A program made the translations under genes and the position numbers. Below the pieces are notes generated by a model. It was not told where the DNA came from. It saw nothing but the letters and a program-made list of their open reading frames with translations, and made no database searches. Source: a virus (lineage: Duplodnaviria > Heunggongvirae > Uroviricota > Caudoviricetes). From it: DNA of 32,286 bases. Location of the stretch: the IMG/VR virus record IMGVR_UViG_3300024272_000027; one strand, given 5' to 3'. This document shows, in pieces, positions 17,001 to 24,799 of the stretch (its first letter is position 1; the number at the start of each line of letters is the position of its first letter).

Positions 17001-19665
17001 TATAGTAATAACAACCTGCAACAGATTCTGGCTTTGCTCCTGTTGTGTGTTCTTCAAACTCTGTGTCTAGAATCCACTTAGTGTTATCCGCTTGATATGT
17101 ATTTGTAGGAGCCGCTACTATGTCACCAGTATCAGCGATACAATAAGCTTTATTTTTTATGTAAATTCGAACTTCGGCAGGAAATGATAAACTATCCAAC
17201 TCACATTTTGTGTTATCATCAACAGAGCCGAATGAGAATAGGCCTTTACTTATATAATCATAGATAGCATTATTATAGTCATCTGAATTAACTTCATAAA
17301 CTGTGTTGTTGTTAATTGCTTCTGACCAATCCACAACGTTCTTAGTTTTACCTGTGTTCTCGTTTAGAATAAGTTGGAACTTAGCATAGTTAGAGTAATT
17401 AACTGTACTTTTAAAAGTAGGCGCTAGAAATCTAATAGACTCGTTATCTTTTAAAGTATAACTAGCTTCTAAAAGAGCGTTGTTTATCTGTGGTTCAGGA
17501 ATATCTATATTATCGCCATTTGAGTTAAAAGTTGTTTTAATCGGAACAGACTTTGTTGGGTCATCTTTGTCCGGAGGAACTGCAAAAGGAGATATAACAG
17601 CTCCTGTCGTAATTCTGCTAGCAGAAAGTTCACTTTCATACTGTTGATTAACTTTGTAAGTAAAAGCAGATGCATTCTTAAATAACGGTGTTCTACCACC
17701 TATAACGCTTTTTGCAATAATCTCTTTTTGTATATTTGTTCTCAAACTCGAATAGAGGTCAAAATCGTTTTCAATTGGATTATATCTATAAACATCATTG
17801 CCCCATAAGAAGTACGTACGTTTTAACTGCGCTTTACTCCAGTCTTTTAAGTAATGGCTGGAAGGAGAAACATCTTCAGCACAATTACATTGCACAACTA
17901 ACTTAGAATCTGTGCTAGATATAGGAATATCTTTGAACTCTTCTTCATCCTCATCCCAATAGGTAGCAAATGTTGTATATGTAAAATCATCTAAAACCGC
18001 TATCTTTATACGTTCATCACAATTAACTATTGCATCGTAGATGACATCATAAGAAGGCAATTCTCCGAATTCAACAACCCTAGAATTACAAGTATTCCAT
18101 AAAGCCTTAACTATGTTAGATTTAACTTGGTCAATCTGTATACTTGTAAGGAAATGTTGTGGCACAACTTTCAACCCTATGGGGAATACGTTTTTAAACA
18201 AACAAGGTAGATTGGACACAATGTTTCTAAAGTTGTGTTGTACGCATTGCTGATTATATATGTATCGTTTAATCTCTTCGGTCTGAACACTTTCAGAAGG
18301 TATAAGGTCAAATGTTTTCTCATAATCAGTAATACTATCAATTATATGCGGTGTATCGAATAAATATAGTTTTAAATCAAAAGCGTTCATTGAAGTATCG
18401 CCATTATGATATTTCTTGTAGAGATATGAACCTCTGTCAGCGTCTTCACTTGTATGTTGTGTCATAGCCCCTGTGTCAGCATTATATATGTACCAATCGG
18501 TCTCCCCAACATCAGCACACACCGCTTTAAAGTAACTCACGCATTCATCACTGTGAGTTAATTGAGTTACATAAGGATTAACAGTGTCTGATGTGCGAAT
18601 TTGATACGCGTGCTGAATATCATTTAATCTGTCACTTACAATAACGTTAGACACAAGACCGCTATTATATACTGCATTAACATAATCGCGTAGAGTAACT
18701 AATGTATTAAAAGTTCCTGCAATTTTTCTATAGTTACGATATGCTTCTTCAATAGTCTCGGGGTCAGAGCCGTTCTTACTTGCTGAAGCATTATATAAAT
18801 TTATGATATCACTATTTAATAACATACTATCTGAACCGACATTAACTGTTACATCAGAATAGAACCTATCAATACATCCTGCTGAAACGTTACCGGCACT
18901 ACCTTGAGAGGTGAGATAGTTAATTGATAATCCGTTGCCAATTAACTTATCTACGTCTTCAGGAAATTCAAGATAACAAGTTGAATTACGACTATCAATA
19001 CCAAACTCAAAATAAGTATTTCCTCGAGGCTTAACTTGCAAATTATCAACGCGTTCCCATAATTTGCTGTTATCAACACTTCTTATAAAGATGCCATTTT
19101 CAGCAACAGCACTCTCCGGAAGGTAAACACGATTATCACTGTCTAAATGAGTAATACTTATTACTTGAGAACCATTAACAGACAATGTTTGAAATACACC
19201 TTCCATACCATCACCTACAACAACGTGATGGTCATTGTCAATTACTAGTTCTTCAGTTAAAGTGTAAACTGCACTACCATCTTCGTTAGTAAGCATAGTA
19301 TACTGTGGGATGGTTACAGTTTCACCATTTTCAAGTGCTCGCCCTATCCATTTAAAAGTAAATGATGTAGACGCGGATTTATACCAAGGCATTATATATG
19401 CTAATTGTTTGTATAAGTTACGCGCATTCATCTCTTGTGTAACAGTTTCGGGGAACATTTCAAGTACATTCTTATCTATGTTATAGTTATTCTTATCTGC
19501 AATGATAGCGTCAGCTTTCAGTAGTATAACGCCTGGGTCAGACTCATTACTAACAGAAGGGTCCCACTTTGAACTTAGTTGTTTAACTAAGTCAAGTAGT
19601 TCTACATATACAGATGTAAAATCTTTATTTGTATAACTTAAGTTAGATAAAGGATTAGTTTGCAC
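14080..19665 (-). CDS. Very large baseplate wedge protein, T4 gp6 / P2 gpJ-like (1861 aa)
   Basis: N-terminal SYTNKDFTSV...SNESDPGVILL...ETVTQ, YFEFG, GSAGNV, GSDPETIEEA...LVTLRDY are gp6/J motifs. GTG start with GGAGG. Lies between the gp25-like and gpI-like genes. Confidence 0.82.
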   Translation of the reverse strand: MQTNPLSNLSYTNKDFTSVYVELLDLVKQLSSKWDPSVSNESDPGVILLKADAIIADKNNYNIDKNVLEMFPETVTQEMNARNLYKQLAYIMPWYKSASTSFTFKWIGRALENGETVTIPQYTMLTNEDGSAVYTLTEELVIDNDHHVVVGDGMEGVFQTLSVNGSQVISITHLDSDNRVYLPESAVAENGIFIRSVDNSKLWERVDNLQVKPRGNTYFEFGIDSRNSTCYLEFPEDVDKLIGNGLSINYLTSQGSAGNVSAGCIDRFYSDVTVNVGSDSMLLNSDIINLYNASASKNGSDPETIEEAYRNYRKIAGTFNTLVTLRDYVNAVYNSGLVSNVIVSDRLNDIQHAYQIRTSDTVNPYVTQLTHSDECVSYFKAVCADVGETDWYIYNADTGAMTQHTSEDADRGSYLYKKYHNGDTSMNAFDLKLYLFDTPHIIDSITDYEKTFDLIPSESVQTEEIKRYIYNQQCVQHNFRNIVSNLPCLFKNVFPIGLKVVPQHFLTSIQIDQVKSNIVKALWNTCNSRVVEFGELPSYDVIYDAIVNCDERIKIAVLDDFTYTTFATYWDEDEEEFKDIPISSTDSKLVVQCNCAEDVSPSSHYLKDWSKAQLKRTYFLWGNDVYRYNPIENDFDLYSSLRTNIQKEIIAKSVIGGRTPLFKNASAFTYKVNQQYESELSASRITTGAVISPFAVPPDKDDPTKSVPIKTTFNSNGDNIDIPEPQINNALLEASYTLKDNESIRFLAPTFKSTVNYSNYAKFQLILNENTGKTKNVVDWSEAINNNTVYEVNSDDYNNAIYDYISKGLFSFGSVDDNTKCELDSLSFPAEVRIYIKNKAYCIADTGDIVAAPTNTYQADNTKWILDTEFEEHTTGAKPESVAGCYYYNESSKKFCPFDSNDALNSATKWFTPVPDKWTLYNVGTNKYLISKNSSICTLGLSGQTYESAEGSKEYLPYYTVTTAVIDTRQNILTRAILRQNIITWLRNNKEWWRAFTDANGQDTDALTDTQIFNWIVANVNTDYKKFLSTQLQTTFNNVDPESSNTYKYEVQSPFWSFGKVAMPVSTVQKPSWSPLNKAPHYQMQCQAPEVSIKPGKEQANTVRSASEVVDTSLKAANHWVTEDNVSAVFIADNVTYTNFDNLPICEYNKDKKCYETIGADSVTAYPYIYGLFQGPSSWLNVCYKKERIVVGTSSEPNSEYVGTDAIIHTTWKDDHIILYKEQILYQVPANGDYQLQVGDVAVFFWRTEDADDAPYHYKKYVGISSSDATATVQSPIIKPSFVVNGCSLTDAPINPASLNDEGVLLPGDTLYKAVYAMYGDFDLSGTKSIEIRDLKQTVLDNGKNNYYLITNTISNENNYEMNLLSQQELSEFEKVLDGTRTSIVGNYRYTLQSDEYFVRTNKTFTEYEIFHPGTMIGVSVQWDTATLTAHCKDKTTTNSQLSRTYMLSVPAIPYETIMAEGISSFSQSCKSISNIETLYAREQQVHNIVKGNTLQIRRNTTHTEDPVPVFKSWEDTYIGAEFEVSYKTLTGEVVTLPSINIQSEQYGWSARATLNINSSSDAPQCIEPLSDDYKSVQLLAVHREDVDEIECFPQYEFNNSNQLINADNIDDIYMQSDVCVNRIGGNNIDITYVDLLADRQDVNLYFYTESILTASECFAVRLEDKKVVCDISKMAVEAGQRVGSLQLNLKPSSNYMLCLDNMSTTINVTATLSQVGTPSVPIAITKLNRRNCGGKLYYTFATPSVEDVCSCIITLNASTAETTNSDIVVFDSLSRFTYNDFSKYNFSAENILTAVQGLDIDDVYNYAFTIDSNDEMYIEDPLNSKSFFNEHHIANAYTISKADLNVGSAQDSYIMIVNNR

Positions 19666-19683
19666 TCACTCTCAACCTCCATT

Positions 19684-20049
19684 TTATTCATCTGTCATTA
19701 ATCTAATCTGATATAGATTAGGTTGATTATCTATTTTATTTATACAATTGATGGTGGCGTATAAAGCCGTCTTATCGTGTGTTATAACTATATCTTTTCG
19801 TGTTAAAGATAGTTGAGGCATAAATATCTGAAGAGACACATATATGTCATCAATAATCAAATCTCTTAGCACAACATTATTCTGTTCATATATAAAACGC
19901 TTTAAGTTAGTTCCAAAATAAGGGTCACCAAATAGTGATTTTTTCCAAGAAGCTAACAGTAATTTTAGATTTGAACACGTTGCTTCTTTATCTTCAACTA
20001 ACAGTGTTCGTGAGGTTGCAAACATTTCAGGGAATGCAATTGAAAACAT
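19684..20049 (-). CDS. Baseplate wedge subunit, T4 gp25 / P2 gpW-like
   Basis: LFGDPYFGTNLKRFIYEQN; size and position typical. Confidence 0.85.
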   Translation of the reverse strand: MFSIAFPEMFATSRTLLVEDKEATCSNLKLLLASWKKSLFGDPYFGTNLKRFIYEQNNVVLRDLIIDDIYVSLQIFMPQLSLTRKDIVITHDKTALYATINCINKIDNQPNLYQIRLMTDE

Positions 20050-20051
20050 TT

Positions 20052-21086
20052 CTATTCCTCCAATTTAAAAAATAATTGACCAGTAGTTGGATTACTAGGA
20101 GTGGTCTTTCCGTATAAACCTGATGCGAGGACCATTTTTGACAAGTTTAGTAATTCAGAGTGTGAATGACTACTACCGGAGTACTCGGAGTGAGTGTGAT
20201 TACTGTCCGCTTTACTATTCCAATTAGTTCTATCTTGAGAACTCACGTGCATAGTACTATCGTTCTTATGAGTGTTCCAAGTGTTCTTATCGGCAGCACT
20301 CACGTGTATATCCGAATTATTGATATGACCATTCCAAGCACCACGTTCATTCTCACTGATGTGTTTTAACTTTTGAGTATTCGTAACTCCAGATTCGTTG
20401 ATATGATTATTTAAGGATTGTTTTATATTATCCGTAATTAAGTACATCCCTGTAGCAGGATTGCTTCCTTGGGCAGGGTCACCTAATTCCTTATCCAAAT
20501 CATCTACGTCCGATTTAAGCTCGTTTAAGTAATCTGAAAGGTCTTCAATATCCTCTTCACTTACGGTTACACGTTGTTTAAGCACATCAGCCGCATAATC
20601 CGATGCTATATCGTGTTCTTTCATATATATGATACTATCGTTTATGTTATTTATATCAACAGTTATATCATTATGAAATCGAGTATTCTCTTCAAATGTA
20701 TGTTTAATAGACTCCTGCTGACCTAACAACGTTTGAATACTTGAAGGTGAGACAGCTCCGATATTTGTATCTGTCGGCAAAGTAACGTTAGTACTAACTA
20801 CTAGACTTGTAGGTTTCATATCACTTTGTAATTTTTCAGCTGTCTCATTCATTAGTGCTCCTATTATTACGGGAGCACTATAGTCTGTATTTTCAAATAA
20901 TACAAAAACCGCACATCCTGTTATATAAGCGGGAATCACCCCTGGTGGTGTGCAAACAGTAGCTGTGTATAACTCAGAGTCAGGAGTTCGACCCACTGCA
21001 GAACCACTTTTGTTTATTGAAGGGATTCTAACTGTGTAATGATATGCGTCAAGCTTATTCACAATGAAAGCTCTTTGAATTGTCAA
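20052..21086 (-). CDS. Baseplate central spike (gpV/gp5-like OB fold, coiled coil, His-rich repeats)
   Basis: N-terminal YTVRIP...PGVIPAYITGCAVFVLFENTDYSAPVIIG; heptad region; C-terminal H-x-H motifs. Between hub and gp25. Confidence 0.7.
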   Translation of the reverse strand: MTIQRAFIVNKLDAYHYTVRIPSINKSGSAVGRTPDSELYTATVCTPPGVIPAYITGCAVFVLFENTDYSAPVIIGALMNETAEKLQSDMKPTSLVVSTNVTLPTDTNIGAVSPSSIQTLLGQQESIKHTFEENTRFHNDITVDINNINDSIIYMKEHDIASDYAADVLKQRVTVSEEDIEDLSDYLNELKSDVDDLDKELGDPAQGSNPATGMYLITDNIKQSLNNHINESGVTNTQKLKHISENERGAWNGHINNSDIHVSAADKNTWNTHKNDSTMHVSSQDRTNWNSKADSNHTHSEYSGSSHSHSELLNLSKMVLASGLYGKTTPSNPTTGQLFFKLEE

Positions 21087-22333
21087 TTATCTCCACCTAC
21101 TCTCAATAGCGTTAAAGTGGTCTTATAGCCTTGCGCGCTTATTGAATCCACTTGTTTGGTAATTATGTACAACCCACTGGATATATGTTTTTGGCCACCC
21201 GCAAACCATACATTGACTTTAACATAACTCATCAATATAGAAGGTCTTGTCAATCCTTTTAGCGTGAGTGTCGCTTGTATCGGAAATTGCGTCATTCGTG
21301 TCCACCAGTTACTTTTAGTAACAGAGAAATTATTAGAGCTAGTTTTCATTGTTGAAGGAGCATACTCTGTAACTAGTTGACCTGCGTCATTGATTGAATA
21401 TGTGTACTCTTCCTGATTTAATTCAGATGCATAATTATATAGTAGAGCCCACGATTGGTCATTATTTAAACTGAATTGAGTTACAAAATTGTCATCAGGA
21501 TAGTTTATATCAATCTCATAAGTATCAAGTGAGGATGGCACAACAGTAGTAGGAGTAATTTCTGTTACTTTAAAATAAGTTCCACCATAATTGTTACTCC
21601 AATCATCGTGTATTGTTAAACAATAGCCTGAACTCTGAATAGCAGAAGTACTTGAATTATTATAGTTAACCATTGAATTTACTAGATAATTCATATAGGA
21701 TAATGGTGTAACGCCGTTTTGAGCAAGTAGTTTAACTTTCTTATCATTTGAAGCAATGAGCTCTATCTCTTTACCTGTAGCCCCATTCACCATTCCGGTA
21801 AATACTTGTTTTAACCCATATTTGGAACTCTTGAGCATTTCTTTAAGTACATCACTAGGCTTAGCTTCTCTTGCAGGAAAATTATAAGACAATGCAACAA
21901 GAGCTAATGCATCACTTGTACAGTTAAGAGTGTATCTTATACACGAGTTGTTCATATCTAGATTTGTAGTAATATTGGTTATAATACAAACCTCTTCTTT
22001 ATATATGTAACTCGGAGCGTTCCAATCTCCGTATTGTAATATAATCTGACGATTATTTGATGCAGAACTAAAAATCTTGTCAAGTAGATTAGGGTCTTCA
22101 CCCGCCCTGACTTGATAGGAAAAGTTTAAAGTATATGTATTAACAGTACCGTTCACTTTAGTAATAGACATTGATTCCATAAAATTAGGGTAAGTAACTT
22201 TTACAGCTGCTCCGTAACTATTAGAAGACTTACTGCCTATGTATGACCCGAAAGTATAGCCTCCTATATTTGCAATTATAAATGGAGCTTCAACTAATGT
22301 GGGGATACTTACTAAATTAGCCTTTGTTCCCAA
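21083..22333 (-). CDS. Baseplate hub protein (T4 gp27 / P2 gpD / Mu gp44-like)
   Basis: Two beta-barrel pattern; C-terminal ATLTLKG...GLYIITKQVDSISAQGYKTTLTLLR; follows the LysM gene. Confidence 0.72.
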   Translation of the reverse strand: MGTKANLVSIPTLVEAPFIIANIGGYTFGSYIGSKSSNSYGAAVKVTYPNFMESMSITKVNGTVNTYTLNFSYQVRAGEDPNLLDKIFSSASNNRQIILQYGDWNAPSYIYKEEVCIITNITTNLDMNNSCIRYTLNCTSDALALVALSYNFPAREAKPSDVLKEMLKSSKYGLKQVFTGMVNGATGKEIELIASNDKKVKLLAQNGVTPLSYMNYLVNSMVNYNNSSTSAIQSSGYCLTIHDDWSNNYGGTYFKVTEITPTTVVPSSLDTYEIDINYPDDNFVTQFSLNNDQSWALLYNYASELNQEEYTYSINDAGQLVTEYAPSTMKTSSNNFSVTKSNWWTRMTQFPIQATLTLKGLTRPSILMSYVKVNVWFAGGQKHISSGLYIITKQVDSISAQGYKTTLTLLRVGGDN

Positions 22334-22347
22334 ATAGAGCCCTCCTA

Positions 22348-22668
22348 TTATATATCAAACTCAATATGACTAAAAGTTGGAACTTTCAAATGTGCACCTA
22401 CTTCAAGTTTTTCATAAGGGTCTTGAATCTTATTAAAATCTGCAATTATCCAATAGTAAGTAGGATTATTATAATAGTATAATGATAAAGTATCTAGTGT
22501 ATCACCTGGCTCTACAATATGTGTAACAAAATTCTTACCTTCTGTTATTAAGTGAGATGTTACGCCGTACACATATTTGTTATCCAAGCGATTGTAATAG
22601 TATGGAAAAACAGAGTACCTTGATACTCTGTCATAACTTTTATATTGTTTTTCTGTTAAAATATTCAT
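22348..22668 (-). CDS. LysM-domain baseplate protein (P2 gpX / T4 gp53-like)
   Basis: HIVEPGDTLDTLSLYYYNNPTYYWIIADFNKIQDP...LKVP. Confidence 0.88.
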   Translation of the reverse strand: MNILTEKQYKSYDRVSRYSVFPYYYNRLDNKYVYGVTSHLITEGKNFVTHIVEPGDTLDTLSLYYYNNPTYYWIIADFNKIQDPYEKLEVGAHLKVPTFSHIEFDI

Positions 22669-22670
22669 TC

Positions 22671-23249
22671 CTAAGCCCTCCAGAATGTGCGCTCTAGTTT
22701 AGTATCTACTCCTCTAAAGCTACCTGCAGATAATATTGTCTGAGCATCATAAGGGTCAACTTCTTCCACCGTAAATGAAACTGATACGTGTGCATACTTT
22801 TCATTTGCTAATACAGGTGCTTGATATGTTACACCAACAGAACCTGTTACAACACCTTTTATAAATATATCATTACCAAAACGTACTGCAACCATTGGCG
22901 GGTCAACCATTTTTTCGGAAGCACCATAAGCGGGTAAAGCAGCTGCTTGAACAAGCTTGATAAGTGTATCAACATAATCGTCTCCTGTAGCAACTGTAGC
23001 ATTACTCACTTGCCAGTTTATTTGAGACATCATATCTCTATGCAAGTCAAGATTTATCTGTAGCGAACGAGGTCCAGAATGACTATAGGAGTATATAGGA
23101 GCGGACCTTGCCATCGGAGTGCTGCTATTATATGTTACGCCTATCTGGTCATTTAAACTATCAGGAAAAGTAGGTATAACTATAAACTGGTCAACGTGAT
23201 ATAGATATATATAATTATCAATCATTCTAAAAATTTGTGATGTTGGCAT
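22671..23249 (-). CDS. Tail tube initiator / baseplate-tail junction protein (P2 gpU / T4 gp48-54-like)
   Basis: RSAPIYSYSHSGPRSLQINL...DPPMVAVRFG...GVVTGSVGVTY...VSVSFTVEE. Confidence 0.68.
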   Translation of the reverse strand: MPTSQIFRMIDNYIYLYHVDQFIVIPTFPDSLNDQIGVTYNSSTPMARSAPIYSYSHSGPRSLQINLDLHRDMMSQINWQVSNATVATGDDYVDTLIKLVQAAALPAYGASEKMVDPPMVAVRFGNDIFIKGVVTGSVGVTYQAPVLANEKYAHVSVSFTVEEVDPYDAQTILSAGSFRGVDTKLERTFWRA

Positions 23250-24799
23250 TAACTTAATAGCCCCTTTCTAATTGCACGCTCGATGTCGCTGTCCACATAC
23301 CCAAGTATGTCATACCCATTTAGATTATCGTTAGTACTTGCCGCTTTCATATAGCGGTCAAATAGTATATATCTTATATTGTCGTCCCACAATCCTTCAT
23401 AATCAGGAGTGTAATGAACCGCATTCTCAACATACGCCACATTTTCATCGATATATTCACGAGTATCAATAGTGTTTCGGCATAAGTATTCTATTAGCTT
23501 GTCCGCAAAAGGATGCTGCTGACCGTCATTAACTCTCAATAAACTCAAATCACTTGTCAACATTGACGACACACCATCTGCAGTATTGTTCTCACGTTCA
23601 ATACCCATTACATCAGTTACAGAAGTACTACTCACTCTAGTGTAATCGCCTTCTAACACAACTACTGTGGATGTATTGTCAACGGGCACTTGAATTGCAA
23701 GGTATAGATACTTCTCGTAAGCGTGTAACATCGGATAATAAGTTTCTGTAGGCTTACCACTGAGTTTATTAGCATTTTTATATGAGATACAATATGTTTT
23801 AGGCTGTGCGAACTGCATATTGTTATGGAGCACAACTCCTTCATCTAGATAGTCAGATAACAATGATTGGTTTTGAGCATCAGTAACAAGGTCTTTATTA
23901 TAAAAAACAGCTTTCATCAGAACAGGAAATGCACAATCTAATGCTACTGTGTATGTCTTATCAAATTTAATAGGAATAAGATATGTCTTGTATCTGGGGT
24001 CCTTACCACTGATAATATTACTTTTAGCTTTAATGTCTAACACAAAAGTATCTGCTAGTTTATAGTTAAAACAATTATACAAAGGCATTAAATCCAAATC
24101 ATATAGATTATTAAGATATCTAAGATATTCACCAAGACGATAGTGTGTTTCAGTATCATAATAACTACTGTTAGAGATAAAAGTCTCTGTTTGCCCTGGT
24201 ATGTATGTTTCAGGAGTCATTGTCGCAATAGTGACAAATTCTGCTCTATCATATTTCTGCACTCCTACTACATCATTAGTTACTGCAAAAGGACCTTCCT
24301 CTTTAGTGTATTCACCTTTGATATTTACTTGTTCAACAAACAGCTCTTCAATATAAGATGTGTCAATATCACTCGCCGCTTCTCTTGCTTCTTGTGCAGT
24401 GTCAAACAGTGTAGATTTTCTAAAATCAAAATAAAAACGCTCTTCATCTACATTGTAATATAATATAGCGTCAGTAGGAGCTTCTATGTAACGTGTCCCT
24501 ATAACATACTTATAAGCACCTACAAAACGCGTAATAGTCATAGAACCTTCATTAACACGTAGTGGCTCTTGTACATATAAGTAATCGCTTTCTTTTAAAG
24601 AACCGCGGACGCCTACAAAACGTCCGCTTTTAGTACATTTAAGAATTTTATTCTTATAGGTATAAATACATCCTTCTATCATATCATCATTATCAAATAT
24701 CAACTTGTAAACAGGCACAGGAGATTTTGAAAGAAGGTATTTGATGTATTTTGAAATTAAAGTCGTTTTAAAGAATTCTTGTAACATATATATCACCAA
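23249..24799 (-). CDS. Hypothetical structural protein (516 aa)
   Basis: Long ORF translationally coupled between the tape measure and tube-initiator genes; no recognised motif. Confidence 0.5.
   Translation of the reverse strand: MVIYMLQEFFKTTLISKYIKYLLSKSPVPVYKLIFDNDDMIEGCIYTYKNKILKCTKSGRFVGVRGSLKESDYLYVQEPLRVNEGSMTITRFVGAYKYVIGTRYIEAPTDAILYYNVDEERFYFDFRKSTLFDTAQEAREAASDIDTSYIEELFVEQVNIKGEYTKEEGPFAVTNDVVGVQKYDRAEFVTIATMTPETYIPGQTETFISNSSYYDTETHYRLGEYLRYLNNLYDLDLMPLYNCFNYKLADTFVLDIKAKSNIISGKDPRYKTYLIPIKFDKTYTVALDCAFPVLMKAVFYNKDLVTDAQNQSLLSDYLDEGVVLHNNMQFAQPKTYCISYKNANKLSGKPTETYYPMLHAYEKYLYLAIQVPVDNTSTVVVLEGDYTRVSSTSVTDVMGIERENNTADGVSSMLTSDLSLLRVNDGQQHPFADKLIEYLCRNTIDTREYIDENVAYVENAVHYTPDYEGLWDDNIRYILFDRYMKAASTNDNLNGYDILGYVDSDIERAIRKGLLS

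Noticed and set aside
14080-19665. Diversity-generating retroelement target
   Set aside because: No reverse transcriptase and no template/variable repeat pair differing at adenines seen in the window.
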